Assembly: GCA_051252135.1 (NCBI GenBank)
Contig: JBPOGH010000008.1
Span: forward strand, 160,001 to 224,000
Reading direction: 5' to 3'
DNA length: 64,000 nt
DNA from: Verrucomicrobiaceae bacterium
GTDB taxonomy: Bacteria; Verrucomicrobiota; Verrucomicrobiia; Verrucomicrobiales; Akkermansiaceae
The notes under the pieces were generated by a model. The model ran no database searches. It worked only from the letters and a program-made list of their open reading frames with translations, and was not told the DNA's origin. The translations under genes were made by a program, and so were the position numbers. Numbering within the stretch: position 1 is the stretch's first letter; each line of letters begins with the position of its first letter. Positions 10,623 to 20,716 of the stretch are shown in pieces.

Positions 10623-11501
10623 TTAGTCGGTCTGGGAAAGCTGTCGTTCCAACCAAAAATAGCTGAGGGGAGAAATCCCGGATTGTTTGAGAAGCTCAAG
10701 ATCCTTAAGCGCTTCCTCGCGACGACCCATGAGGAGGAGAGCCATTCCGCGGTCATAAACAAGGGTGAGATCCGGGCGGTCCGGATTGAGACGCTTGTTG
10801 ATCTCCGCAAGGGCGGCGTCCAACTGCCCTTGTGCCACATCCTCGAATTCAACAGAAAGCGACCTGATCGCCCAAGAGCGACGGATGCGATGGGCGGCAG
10901 GATAGCGGGAGGTTCTGATCTCCTCCTCGAGGATGGGAATGACCTCGTCAAGCTGCCCTGCCTGAATCGAGGCATCCAGCCAGGCGTTTCTCAGTACGAT
11001 GCTTTTAGTACGAACATGAGCCTGCTTGAGGACGGCAGCCGCTTCCTTGACCCGTTCCTTCCTCACCAGCAGGTAGGAGTGCAGCAGATGGGTGTGATCC
11101 TCGTTCGGAGGACCTTTCAACACATTCCCGAGCGCCCCGTCCACATCTCCGGCTGCCAGCAGAACATCGGCCGCCAAAAGATGGTTGGGAGCTGATGGGT
11201 TGAGCTTGATGAGATTCCCCGCCGTAAGCACCGCTTCCTCGTGATTCCCCGTCTTCGAGAGGAGGGTGGCCAGGGCCGCAAGCGAGAGTTCGTGATCGCT
11301 CTGCAAGGATAGGGCCTTGCGCAGATCCTCTTCCGCATGATCGGTTTCGCGAAGGGCGCGGAATTCCACCGCACGCTGAAAATAAAGTTCCGCTGTCGGG
11401 GCAATCGCGATCTTTTCGGTAAGGGATTTCACCAAGGCACTCACATCGTAATGGCCCTCCACGGGGAGGAGGGTTGCCAAAATAATGACGAGCCACTTCA
11501 T
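10623..11501 (-). CDS. Exported TPR-repeat protein
   Basis: Signal peptide and TPR-like helical repeats; 3 bp downstream of the phosphatase gene. Confidence 0.75.
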   Translation of the reverse strand: MKWLVIILATLLPVEGHYDVSALVKSLTEKIAIAPTAELYFQRAVEFRALRETDHAEEDLRKALSLQSDHELSLAALATLLSKTGNHEEAVLTAGNLIKLNPSAPNHLLAADVLLAAGDVDGALGNVLKGPPNEDHTHLLHSYLLVRKERVKEAAAVLKQAHVRTKSIVLRNAWLDASIQAGQLDEVIPILEEEIRTSRYPAAHRIRRSWAIRSLSVEFEDVAQGQLDAALAEINKRLNPDRPDLTLVYDRGMALLLMGRREEALKDLELLKQSGISPLSYFWLERQLSQTD

Positions 11502-11504
11502 GGT

Positions 11505-13436
11505 CTACTTCCCAAGAATCAAGATGGGATGAAGGGTGAAATCGGAACTCCCGATGTTCGCGTTGTGACCTTCAATGGCGATGACGTTTTCCTCACCTTT
11601 CTTCAGGAATTTTTCCACTCCCTTAAGCTGAAAGAGATCGAATTTGGCGTTCGCTTCATGAACCGTGAAATCCTCCGCTGCCGCACCCCGGTTCATCTTG
11701 ACTCCCTGGCGGAGAACTTCGTGGCCATTGAGATAGACGATGAAGGCGTCATCGTATGAGACCCGCATTCCCAGGGCGGCGAGGTTGGCTTCCTCGGGAA
11801 GGGTGAATTTCTTGCGCAGGTAGACCACGGTGTAATTCCCGCGCATATCGCTCAGAACGGTTGCGTCATCGTTATCACTGTAGCCGAAGCCGGCTGGACC
11901 CTTTTTCCAGGTTGCGTCATCATAGTCCAATGAAGTCCACTTCTCGGTAGGGTGTGATCCGGCCAGATAGGACCACTCGGCTCCCCGCGGGATGATCGGC
12001 TTGGCATTCCTGACCCAGGAAGGACGGGCGGCCGGCTTGGCAGCAGGCGGCGTATATGGCTCCGGCTGCCATGGATCGGCGATAGGCGTATGCTCCACCG
12101 TCCCCTTTTTCGTAATGGCAAAGTTGTCCCGAATGACTCCGTCAATATTGAGCATTTGCGCATTAAGGGTATCGCCGGAAATGGAAATGAGGCAGGAGCC
12201 GTTTTCCACGATGATCCGTTTCATGATCGGAGAAGTTCCTTTGCGACGCACTCCCGTGCCACCGTGACCGGCAACAATTTGAACAACTCCATTGTGAGGG
12301 TTGAGGCCCTCGCTTTTGCGATACGCACCATCTCCCTCGGGATCACCATCTCCGTCATCAAGCACCACCCCGTCCGCCACGGTCGGCGTGTCGTAAGCTC
12401 CATCAATCAACATCGACCGCTCATAGATGTGCGAATGTCCGGTGAAGACGATATCGACTCCTCCCGATTCCAAAATCGGCATAATGTGCTCACGCATTTC
12501 GATGAGCTGACCCTCGGTGTCGGAGTCGTGCGAACCCTTAGTGTAGGGCGGGTGGTGGAAGTAGGCGACGAGAAAGTCCGCCTTCGTTTTTTCCAGGTCT
12601 GCTTTCAGCCATTGGGCCATCGCTCCGGAGGGACGACGATCAAGGTCGTGTGAATCAAGACAGATGAAATGCACTTTGCCGTAGTCGAAGGAATAATAGG
12701 CTTCCTTGCCCGAGGGCACACCGCCGGCCTCAGCCCGGGTGGGGCAGACGTAGGCGTCGTAGTAAGGGCCCACGCCGCTTTCACCCTTTGAGGTGCGGCC
12801 TTCATGATTCCCCATCGCGGCCCAGCAGACCGTGTTGCGGATGGTCGGCTCATACATCTTGAAGAAGCGATCGCTGAATTCCTGATTCGTTCCGGATCCG
12901 TAGGCCATGTCACCTACGTGGATGTAGAGATCAAGTTCGCGGCCCTTCTCCTTATTGTGCTTCACCATGGCATCATGCACTTTGGCCTGTGCCTCTCCTC
13001 CGGTCCCCGAGTCCCCCACGACCCAAAAATAGACCGGCGCGTCTGACCCCGGAACGGGATGGGTTTTGAAGCGGAAGCTTTCGTCTTCCGCCGTGAGGCG
13101 ATTGTCGCCGTCGAAAATCGCGTAGTAATAAGTCGTGTTAGGCTGCAATCCGCAGATCGAGGCTTCATACTGGCGCGTGCGTTCAAGCGCATCCTTAAAG
13201 ATTGGCGCTTCGCCGCCGAGTGACGGATGGAGGCGGGTCGCCAGATGGTCGTCGGAGAGGACCTGATCCAGATTGTCCGGGGAAGTTCCGAAACGAAGCG
13301 CGGGGTTGATTTCCTCGTCTGTTCTCCAAACTACCGTCATGGAGGTATCCGTTGCCAGCTGGACATAGGGATCGCGTGAAAAGGAAGTTGCAAAACTTAC
13401 GGAGCTAAAAAGGAGGAAGATGAACAGAAGCTTCAT
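11505..13436 (-). CDS. Exported purple acid phosphatase-like metallophosphoesterase with C-terminal beta-sandwich
   Basis: Motifs GDSG, GDMAY, GNHE, HHP, GHSH; FN3-like N-terminus. Confidence 0.9.
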   Translation of the reverse strand: MKLLFIFLLFSSVSFATSFSRDPYVQLATDTSMTVVWRTDEEINPALRFGTSPDNLDQVLSDDHLATRLHPSLGGEAPIFKDALERTRQYEASICGLQPNTTYYYAIFDGDNRLTAEDESFRFKTHPVPGSDAPVYFWVVGDSGTGGEAQAKVHDAMVKHNKEKGRELDLYIHVGDMAYGSGTNQEFSDRFFKMYEPTIRNTVCWAAMGNHEGRTSKGESGVGPYYDAYVCPTRAEAGGVPSGKEAYYSFDYGKVHFICLDSHDLDRRPSGAMAQWLKADLEKTKADFLVAYFHHPPYTKGSHDSDTEGQLIEMREHIMPILESGGVDIVFTGHSHIYERSMLIDGAYDTPTVADGVVLDDGDGDPEGDGAYRKSEGLNPHNGVVQIVAGHGGTGVRRKGTSPIMKRIIVENGSCLISISGDTLNAQMLNIDGVIRDNFAITKKGTVEHTPIADPWQPEPYTPPAAKPAARPSWVRNAKPIIPRGAEWSYLAGSHPTEKWTSLDYDDATWKKGPAGFGYSDNDDATVLSDMRGNYTVVYLRKKFTLPEEANLAALGMRVSYDDAFIVYLNGHEVLRQGVKMNRGAAAEDFTVHEANAKFDLFQLKGVEKFLKKGEENVIAIEGHNANIGSSDFTLHPILILGK

Positions 13437-13568
13437 GGAAGAGGGGTCATTATCAGTGGGCTGCGCACAATGTGCAACTCCTCAGAAACGATCGATTCTT
13501 ATTGGGTCTATCATGGGCTCTGATTCGCAAGGTTGACCTGCTTCCCGCTCTCCGCTACTTCGGGACCC

Positions 13569-13790
13569 ATGGATTTCGTATTTCGCCGTTCTCTTTTCCT
13601 TGCTCTCGGTCTTGCCACACTTGGGATATCTTCGTGTGGTCTCGTTCGCTCAGCAATCCAAATTCCGGCCCGGACACTTCAGGGAGTTGGCCGGACCGCC
13701 GGTTTCGGACTTGAAGCAACTGAGGTCTCAGAGGGGCGCGCCCGGGAACATGCCCAACCTACTGAGGTGACTTTTGTTAAGGTTGATTAA
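13569..13790 (+). CDS. Small putative lipoprotein
   Basis: Signal peptide ending in lipobox-like ISSC. Confidence 0.6.
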   Translation: MDFVFRRSLFLALGLATLGISSCGLVRSAIQIPARTLQGVGRTAGFGLEATEVSEGRAREHAQPTEVTFVKVD

Positions 13791-13831
13791 ATTCTTATTG
13801 TTCTGAAGGATTCATTTGATATCCTTCTCGA

Positions 13832-14299
13832 ATGGTAAGGCCCGGACCTACTCATCGACAAACCCGATTCGTAAAATGGATGTCGGTTCTCTTCATGGGC
13901 CGATTTTTTCTTGGATTGATGCTCATCGGGTCCTGCACCTACGGAATTTTCCATCCCGGGAGTCTTTCGCTGGCCATCATCAGTGCCGTCTTCCTTCTCA
14001 ATCTCCTTTTGCTCGGGATCCAGTTGGCTGAAAGTAGCGCCTGCCGCTGCGCCGTCTGCACCACCCCCCTTTTCCAATCGTCCCGTGGTCGTGGTGGCAA
14101 GATCAGCCCGCGCGCCAAGTCACTGGGCGGGAGCCGCCGACTCTATCGAAGCATGTCCATCCTGTTGGGTCAGCACTACCACTGCAATCACTGCGGAGAA
14201 AAGGTGAAATGCGGCCTCACCCGGCCGACGCTGCAACCGATCGGTCGCGTTCAACACTGCGTTACCCTTCCCCGCGCGCCCGGGCGCCGGGCCAGCTAA
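13832..14299 (+). CDS. Hypothetical membrane protein with two CxxC pairs
   Basis: Two TM segments followed by CAVC and CNHC; start uncertain. Confidence 0.55.
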   Translation: MVRPGPTHRQTRFVKWMSVLFMGRFFLGLMLIGSCTYGIFHPGSLSLAIISAVFLLNLLLLGIQLAESSACRCAVCTTPLFQSSRGRGGKISPRAKSLGGSRRLYRSMSILLGQHYHCNHCGEKVKCGLTRPTLQPIGRVQHCVTLPRAPGRRAS

Positions 14300-14739
14300 G
14301 CAGAAGGCGCCTCGATCACCCGCACTCTTCTTCCGTCCCTCTCGTGGCTTAGCTCCAGCCAAAGCGCACCCTTTGGCAACAGCTCAGGGAATCGACCCGG
14401 CCACTCGACAATCACCACTCCCCCACGGTCAAGATAGTCATCCCAGCCGAGTTCCAGGAGCTCATGCTCATCCTCGACCCGGTAAAAGTCGAAATGGAAC
14501 ACCTCCAGACTCCCCCCCCGGTACTCTTGAACCAGGGAAAACGTCGGACTGGTTACGGCTTCATGATATCCCAACCCATTCATCAAGCCCTGGGTGAGGG
14601 TCGTTTTTCCCGCTCCCAGATCTCCTACCAGAGCCAGGACATCGCCCGGTCCAAGCAATCCCGAAATCTCCGCTCCCAGAGCCAGGGTCCCCTCCCTGTC
14701 AGGAAGGAATCGCGGTAGCGGAAGAAGCTTGGCATTCAT
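14296..14739 (-). CDS. tsaE: tRNA threonylcarbamoyladenosine biosynthesis ATPase TsaE
   Basis: GDLGAGKT, VTSPTF, HFDFYR, IVEW; start at 14739 or 14751. Confidence 0.93.
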   Translation of the reverse strand: MNAKLLPLPRFLPDREGTLALGAEISGLLGPGDVLALVGDLGAGKTTLTQGLMNGLGYHEAVTSPTFSLVQEYRGGSLEVFHFDFYRVEDEHELLELGWDDYLDRGGVVIVEWPGRFPELLPKGALWLELSHERDGRRVRVIEAPSA

Positions 14740-14897
14740 GGGCGGGGACATCCAAACGGGCAGGATCGGCAATCGACAAGTTTCTTTATCTTCTTTTTGA
14801 AAAAAACCTTGCTCTTCACGATGGCATATGGTGAATTCCGCCCCCCTGAAAGCAAGAAGGTTCTTGCTCGCGGGAAACACTCAAGCACCCATTCCAA

Positions 14898-15212
14898 ATG
14901 GCCTACGCAATTTTCAAAACCGGCGGTAAACAGTATCGCGTCTCGGAAGGCGACACCATCAGTGTCGACAAGCTTCCTGTGGCCGCTGACGACGAAATCA
15001 AGTTCAGCGAAGTTCTCCTCATCAATGACGGATCCGACACCAAAGTGGGCGCTCCTGTTGTTGACGGCGCCGGCGTCACCGCCAAGGTCATCGAGCAGCA
15101 CCGCGGTAAAAAGGGTGTCGCATTCAAGTTCAAGCGCCGTAAGGGGTACCACAAGACCATCGGCTTCCGCCACCACCTCACCAAGCTCCAGATCACCGGG
15201 ATCGAGGGCTAA
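14898..15212 (+). CDS. rplU: 50S ribosomal protein L21
   Basis: [15 protein letters not shown]...FKRRKGY. Confidence 0.98.
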   Translation: MAYAIFKTGGKQYRVSEGDTISVDKLPVAADDEIKFSEVLLINDGSDTKVGAPVVDGAGVTAKVIEQHRGKKGVAFKFKRRKGYHKTIGFRHHLTKLQITGIEG

Positions 15213-15238
15213 ACTCCACTTTCTACCTACTTTTCGTT

Positions 15239-15490
15239 ATGGCTCATAAAAAAGGACAGGGTTCCGTTAAGAACGGACGCGACTCACGCAGCAAGCGCCT
15301 CGGCGTGAAAAAATTCGGTGGCGAATCCGTCATCGCAGGCAACATCCTCATTCGCCAGCGCGGCACCAAGTGGCATCCGGGTGCCAATGTCGGCATGGGC
15401 AAGGATCACACCCTCTTCGCACTGAATGACGGTAGCGTTTTCTTCGACAAGAAGGGCCGCCGCATCAATGTGGAACTTGCTGAAGCGTAA
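15239..15490 (+). CDS. rpmA: 50S ribosomal protein L27
   Basis: [16 protein letters not shown]...RQRGT. Confidence 0.98.
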   Translation: MAHKKGQGSVKNGRDSRSKRLGVKKFGGESVIAGNILIRQRGTKWHPGANVGMGKDHTLFALNDGSVFFDKKGRRINVELAEA

Positions 15491-15511
15491 TCCCTCGGGA
15501 TTTCAATTTTT

Positions 15512-15545
15512 AAAAAAGGCGGACCTTTGTGGTCCGCCTTTTTTT
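15512..15545 (+). terminator. Intrinsic terminator after rplU-rpmA
   Basis: AAAAAAGGCGGACC-TTTGT-GGTCCGCCTTTTTTT. Confidence 0.9.
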
Positions 15546-15640
15546 GTGATCGATCCAACGCTTTGATCTGCTTAGTTTGGTAACCGATCGAACATATGTT
15601 TAATAGGACCCCTCGAATCTCAAGTTGATCAGTTTCTATC

Positions 15641-16501
15641 ATGACTCGTTACTTCGCTGCCCTTTTTCTCCTTGCTGGCCTTTCCACAGAAGCAGCCAGC
15701 CTCTCGGATCTCTCCTATCGCACAATCAACGGAGCACTCATCATTACTGACTGTAGTCAGGATGCCGCTGGAGAATTAATTGTCCCGGCTACCATCGAAG
15801 GCAACCCCGTCTCAGCCATTGGTTCCAATGCATTCAGAGAATGCAGGCTCCTGACAAATGTCGTAATTTCAGATGGGATCACTTCGATCCACAATCACGC
15901 CTTCAGAAACTGTCAGGGTCTCAAATCCCTTTCCATTCCAGATAGCGTCGAAGTCATCGGCGACTACGCATTTAACTGGTGCGTGGAATTGGAAGAGATC
16001 ACCTTACCGAACTATCTCACCTCCATTGGTTACTATGTTTTCAATGGGTGCGCGAGTCTCACATCATTAGCGATTCCTGCCGGAGTGACTTCAATCCAAA
16101 GCACAGCATTCATCAATTGCGGGCGGCTTCGGGAACTACGCTTCCTCGGCAATGCTCCGGACAATGTCCCTTCATCTGCCTTCGCCGAGTTTTCCTCTGA
16201 GGCTGTCGCTATTATCTACGATCATGCCAGTGGTTTCAGTGACACCATCGGTGTCCTCCCGGTCATCATCGAGCCGGCACCAATCGTGCCACCAACTCGT
16301 TTCGTTAACGGACGCTTTCTGATCGAAATTGATTTGAACACCATCGAAAGCCTTACCTGCCAATATACAGTGGATGTTCAAACGTGGACGACTGTTGAGA
16401 ATACACGAGTGTTCCTGAATCATCTAATCGTCCCCCTCGATTCCCCCGCTCTCTCCGGTAAGGCCGGGCTCTTCCGCTTCGTTCCTAAGGATTCTCCTTA
16501 G
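15641..16501 (+). CDS. Exported BspA-type (LRR_5) leucine-rich repeat protein
   Basis: Repeats of the form I-x-x-x-AF-x-x-C-x-x-L; signal peptide. Confidence 0.88.
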   Translation: MTRYFAALFLLAGLSTEAASLSDLSYRTINGALIITDCSQDAAGELIVPATIEGNPVSAIGSNAFRECRLLTNVVISDGITSIHNHAFRNCQGLKSLSIPDSVEVIGDYAFNWCVELEEITLPNYLTSIGYYVFNGCASLTSLAIPAGVTSIQSTAFINCGRLRELRFLGNAPDNVPSSAFAEFSSEAVAIIYDHASGFSDTIGVLPVIIEPAPIVPPTRFVNGRFLIEIDLNTIESLTCQYTVDVQTWTTVENTRVFLNHLIVPLDSPALSGKAGLFRFVPKDSP

Positions 16502-16564
16502 GGCTGTGATGCCGACTCCCTTTTGTCCGCCTAGTTCTACTTAGTTAGATTTTGTCAGCCCGTC

Positions 16565-16978
16565 TTACTTCCCAGCCACAAACCCTCCAAAATCGTTTTC
16601 ACAGAGAAACGTGTCGGTTTGTTTTTTATACTCCTGGATCTGATTGTGAAGGGGACAGGGAATGTCGTTGGGGCAATACCCTTCACCCAAAGGACACATC
16701 ACATCATTATTCTGTAGCTCAAAACAGCTAACGACATCCATGAGCCGAATTTTAGCCGGGTCCCTCACCAAGATATAGCCGCCACCCGGCCCTTTGGTTC
16801 CCTTCATAAATCCGGATCCGGACAGAGTGGTCAGGATCTTTGCGGTGAGCGCCTTGGAAATTCTCCGGGCATCGGCAGCTTGCCGGGATGTGACCGGGCC
16901 CGTGCCATCCCGATAGCATTCCGCCAGGTAACTGACGATCGCGATCGCGTTTTGAGCGGTTTTTCCTATCTGCAACAT
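16565..16978 (-). CDS. Rrf2 family transcriptional regulator, probable Fe-S sensor
   Basis: KGPGGGY wing; three cysteines in C-x6-C-x5-C-x2-H. Confidence 0.9.
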   Translation of the reverse strand: MLQIGKTAQNAIAIVSYLAECYRDGTGPVTSRQAADARRISKALTAKILTTLSGSGFMKGTKGPGGGYILVRDPAKIRLMDVVSCFELQNNDVMCPLGEGYCPNDIPCPLHNQIQEYKKQTDTFLCENDFGGFVAGK

Positions 16979-17065
16979 GGATCCGATTCACTTCCTTGGG
17001 GAATTGCCCTCCAGCCTATGCTATGGGCCAATGCCCATTAAGCCAATAAATTCCTCCTCATGCTT

Positions 17066-17089
17066 ATAAAAGAAAGAAAGTTCTTTTAT
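17066..17089. promoter_or_regulatory. Probable Rrf2 operator
   Basis: Perfect inverted repeat ATAAAAGAA-N6-TTCTTTTAT between the divergent Rrf2 and nirK genes. Confidence 0.7.
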
Positions 17090-17113
17090 TATTTTGTTTG
17101 GTGTTTACGATGA

Positions 17114-18664
17114 ATGCGAAAATCACCACCAACGATGAACAAATACCACTATCTCTCCCTCGCGATGGCAGCCGTGAGCGCGTCGGCCCTCCCCTCCTGC
17201 CGTCCCTCGGACCAAGCCGCTGATTCGAAAAATTCAGACCAAACGGCTCCTATCGGTCAATCAGTTCCCGATGTTGCCGCGATCCTCTCCGAGGAACTCA
17301 AAGGCGAAGAAATCGCCATCCTCACCGATGCCCCCAATGTGCCACCCCAGATTACCCGCACACACCGCACCAAGGTCATCGTCAATCTCGAGGTCAAGGA
17401 AGTCGTAAAGCCCATGGCTGATGGGGTGGATTACACCTTCTGGACCTTTGGCGGCAGTGTTCCCGGTAAATTCATCCGCGTGCGCGAGGGCGACTTCGTC
17501 GAGTTCCACCTCGCCAACCACCCGAGCAGCAAGATGCCTCACAACATCGACCTACACGCCGTCACCGGCCCCGGAGGTGGCGCTGCTGCGTCCTTCACCA
17601 CCCCCGGTCATGAATCGGTCTTTTCCTTCACCGCACTCAACCCCGGCATCTATGTTTACCACTGTGCCACCGCACCTGTCGGCATGCACATCGCCAATGG
17701 CATGTATGGTCTCATCCTCGTCGAGCCCAAGGAAGGGATGCCCAAGGTCGATAAGGAATTCTACGTCATGCAGGGCGATTTCTACACCAAGGGGAAATAC
17801 GGCGAAGCCGGACTCCAGCCCTTCAGCATGGAAAAAGCAATCAGGGAAGATGCCGATTACGTGGTCTTCAATGGCTCCGTCGGTGCCCTCACCGGTGACA
17901 ATGCCCTCCAGGCCGATGTCGGTGACTCTGTCCGCCTCTTTGTCGGAAACGGTGGACCGAACCTGGTGTCCTCCTTCCACGTCATTGGAGAAATTTTTGA
18001 CAAAGTCTTCACCGAAGGTGGCTGGGGATCGCCCAACACCAATGTCCAAACCACACTTGTGCCTGCCGGTGGTAGCGCCATGTGCGAATTCACTCTCGAT
18101 ACCGAGGGCACCTTCATCCTCGTCGATCACTCGATCTTCCGCGCCTTCAACAAGGGCGCCATCGGCATGCTTAAAGCAGGCGGTGGCGACCCCACCCAAA
18201 ACGAGCTCGTCTACTCGGGTAAGACCGATGATCGCATCTACCTTCCCGAAGGGGGTGCCATTCAGGAAATGCCCGGCGATGGGCAGGCCCAGACTCCTGC
18301 TGCCAATAAGGCCGAGCGCATTGCCCGCGGCAAAATGAAATACACCGCGGTCTGCATGGCCTGCCACCAGGCCAACGGAGCCGGCGTCCCCGCCGCCTTT
18401 CCTCCGCTGGCCAAAGCGGACTACCTCAATGCCGACAAAGACCGCGCCATCAGCACCGTCATCCACGGACTCTCCGGTGAGATTGTCGTCAATGGCGAAA
18501 AATACAACAGCATCATGCCTTCGCTTGGCCTCAACGACGAAGACGTCGCCAACGTCCTGACCTACGTCTACAGCGAATGGGAAAACAACGGGTCCGAAGT
18601 CACCCCCGCCGAAGTGGCTGCCGTCCGCGCCAAAGGAGGAAAAGCTGTTGATGGCGGACACTAA
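17114..18664 (+). CDS. nirK: Copper-containing nitrite reductase (AniA-type lipoprotein) fused to C-terminal cytochrome c
   Basis: Cu-site motifs HNIDLH, YHCA, MHIANGM, FHVIG, VDH; heme motif CMACH; lipobox LPSC. Start may be the ATG at 17135. Confidence 0.95.
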   Translation: MRKSPPTMNKYHYLSLAMAAVSASALPSCRPSDQAADSKNSDQTAPIGQSVPDVAAILSEELKGEEIAILTDAPNVPPQITRTHRTKVIVNLEVKEVVKPMADGVDYTFWTFGGSVPGKFIRVREGDFVEFHLANHPSSKMPHNIDLHAVTGPGGGAAASFTTPGHESVFSFTALNPGIYVYHCATAPVGMHIANGMYGLILVEPKEGMPKVDKEFYVMQGDFYTKGKYGEAGLQPFSMEKAIREDADYVVFNGSVGALTGDNALQADVGDSVRLFVGNGGPNLVSSFHVIGEIFDKVFTEGGWGSPNTNVQTTLVPAGGSAMCEFTLDTEGTFILVDHSIFRAFNKGAIGMLKAGGGDPTQNELVYSGKTDDRIYLPEGGAIQEMPGDGQAQTPAANKAERIARGKMKYTAVCMACHQANGAGVPAAFPPLAKADYLNADKDRAISTVIHGLSGEIVVNGEKYNSIMPSLGLNDEDVANVLTYVYSEWENNGSEVTPAEVAAVRAKGGKAVDGGH

Positions 18665-18685
18665 CCGTCCCGATTCGATTGTCTC

Positions 18686-19489
18686 ATGATCTCTCTCCGC
18701 GCCAGCGCCTTCGCGTTCATTACATGCCTTCGATTATCGATGGCAGCGGAAGAGAGTGGGACCGAAGCAACCTTGGTGTCCGTTCCGGCGGGCACCTACA
18801 TCCCCCTTTACACCGTCGATAAAACACCCCGGAAGGTCGCAGCTTTTCGGGTCGATATTTGCCCCGTGTCCAAGCGCGAGTTCCGCGACTTCGTCATCAA
18901 AAACCCGCGCTGGCAGCGCTCTAAAATTGCCAAACTCTTCGCTGACAAATCCTACCTCAGCGATTGGAAAAGTGATACCGACCCCGGCCCCGACCTCGAC
19001 TCGCCGGTCACCTATGTTTCCTGGTTCGCCGCCCGGGCCTACGCCAAGGAACACGGCAAGCGACTCCCCACCGTCGATGAATGGGAATACGTCGCCCAAG
19101 CCGATGCCACCCAGGCCAATGCCACCGGTGACGATGCCTACACCGAGAACATCCTCGCCTGGTATGCGGCCCGACCCGTTTCTCCCCTTCCCGATCCCCG
19201 CTCATTCCCCAAAAACTTCCACGGAATCAAAGCCCTCCACGGCTTGATCTGGGAGTGGAACGAAGATTTCAACAACGCCATGGTCACCGGTGAATCGCGC
19301 GGCGACACCGGCATCGAGCGCAATCTTTTCTGCGCCGGCGGCGCCCTCAGCGCGACCGATGTCCGGAACTACGCCGCCTTCATGCGCTACGCCTTCCGCT
19401 CCAGCCTCAAAGGGAGCTACACCACGGCCAACCTCGGCTTCCGCTGCGCCGCTTCACCTTTAAAAAGCACTCCCCAGTCATCCAGATGA
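18686..19489 (+). CDS. FGE-sulfatase domain protein, NirV-like
   Basis: PVTYVSW, RLPTVDEWE, WEW, NLGFRC; lies directly after nirK. Confidence 0.85.
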   Translation: MISLRASAFAFITCLRLSMAAEESGTEATLVSVPAGTYIPLYTVDKTPRKVAAFRVDICPVSKREFRDFVIKNPRWQRSKIAKLFADKSYLSDWKSDTDPGPDLDSPVTYVSWFAARAYAKEHGKRLPTVDEWEYVAQADATQANATGDDAYTENILAWYAARPVSPLPDPRSFPKNFHGIKALHGLIWEWNEDFNNAMVTGESRGDTGIERNLFCAGGALSATDVRNYAAFMRYAFRSSLKGSYTTANLGFRCAASPLKSTPQSSR

Positions 19490-20109
19490 AGTACCCCCTC
19501 TTTCTTTCAGCCCTGTTCTTGTTCGCTTCCTGCAAACAAGAGCCCCCGGTTTCCGCCACCCCTGATACCGAGTCCGCAACTTGTTGCGAGGGCGAAGAAG
19601 CTCCGGGTGCCCTCGAAGCAGTCGAAGGTTCCATTTATCAACTCGAATCCAAATGGACCGACGACCAAGGAAAGGTGATACCACTCGCAAGCCTCGCCGG
19701 AAATATCCGCGTCGTGTGCATGGGCTACACCACCTGCCAGTATGCCTGCCCCCGTCTCCTCGCCGATCTGCGAGCCATCGAAGGAAAACTCTCCCCCGAA
19801 CTTCTCGATAAGACCCGCTTCACCTTCATCTCCATTGATCCTGAGGCCGACACCCCGGCACGCCTCGCCGAGTATCGTAAAGAGAGTCAAATCGATCCCG
19901 AACATTGGACCCTGCTCACGGGCGACGCCGATGCGGTGCAGGAACTGGCCGTCGTTCTGGGCATCCAGTATCGCAAGACCGGAGAAGCAGATTTTGCCCA
20001 CTCCAACGTCATCACCGTTCTCGATTCCCAAGGCGTCATTCTCCACCGCCAGGAAGGCCTCTCCGCCGATCCCACCGAGACCCTCAAGGCCATCGCGGCC
20101 GCCCGATAA
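19486..20109 (+). CDS. SCO family copper chaperone lipoprotein
   Basis: CQYAC (CxxxC), ISIDP, conserved His in FAHS; lipobox FASC. Confidence 0.9.
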   Translation: MKYPLFLSALFLFASCKQEPPVSATPDTESATCCEGEEAPGALEAVEGSIYQLESKWTDDQGKVIPLASLAGNIRVVCMGYTTCQYACPRLLADLRAIEGKLSPELLDKTRFTFISIDPEADTPARLAEYRKESQIDPEHWTLLTGDADAVQELAVVLGIQYRKTGEADFAHSNVITVLDSQGVILHRQEGLSADPTETLKAIAAAR

Positions 20110-20266
20110 TCGACATTGAGGACCCGTACACCATATCTTTGATAGGTTTCTAGGTTTACCTCCCTTATACGGGGTACTGCTATTTGCAGAAGATCATCGT
20201 GATCTTCCCCTTGCAGCGTCTCGACCAAGTCTTCAGGCTGGTCGCACCTGATCTCCCCTACCCCGA

Positions 20267-20716
20267 ATGAATATCGTTCTTGTCGCCCCTGAGATTCCCC
20301 ACAATGCCGGTGCTGCCGGAAGGCTCGCCTTGGCCACCGGCTCGACTCTCCATCTCGTCGAACCGCTCGGATTTCTCCTCGATGACAAATCCGTCCGTCG
20401 GGCGGGATTGGACTACTGGAAGGAAGTTGATCTCCGGGTCTGGCCCTCGTTTGATGCCCTCATGAAAGAACATCCCGAGGCCCGATTTTGGATGCTCAGC
20501 ACCAAGGCCAAACGCACCATCTGGGAGGCTGAGTTTGAGGCTGGTGATTTCCTCGTCTTTGGCCGCGAATCCAAGGGGCTTCCGGAAGAATGGGCTCGCG
20601 GTCCCCAAGGGCTGCGAATCCCGATGACTCCCGGCGGGACCCGCTCTTTGAACCTGGCTACTTCGATTGGGATTGTTCTCTACGAGGCCTGCCGCCAGGT
20701 CGGCAACCTGGATTAA
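20267..20716 (+). CDS. trmL: tRNA (cytidine/uridine-34 2'-O)-methyltransferase TrmL
   Basis: [30 protein letters not shown]. Confidence 0.92.
   Translation: MNIVLVAPEIPHNAGAAGRLALATGSTLHLVEPLGFLLDDKSVRRAGLDYWKEVDLRVWPSFDALMKEHPEARFWMLSTKAKRTIWEAEFEAGDFLVFGRESKGLPEEWARGPQGLRIPMTPGGTRSLNLATSIGIVLYEACRQVGNLD

Noticed and set aside
15588..15601. CGAACATATGTTTA, resembling a Gram-positive LexA box
   Set aside because: Imperfect match, precedes an LRR surface protein, and the reported verrucomicrobial LexA motif has the opposite arrangement (TGTTC-N4-GAACA).
18686..19489. FGE-domain protein as the maturase for the sulfatase at 28687
   Set aside because: Its position between nirK and SCO and the lack of the FGE catalytic cysteine pair favour a NirV-like role.
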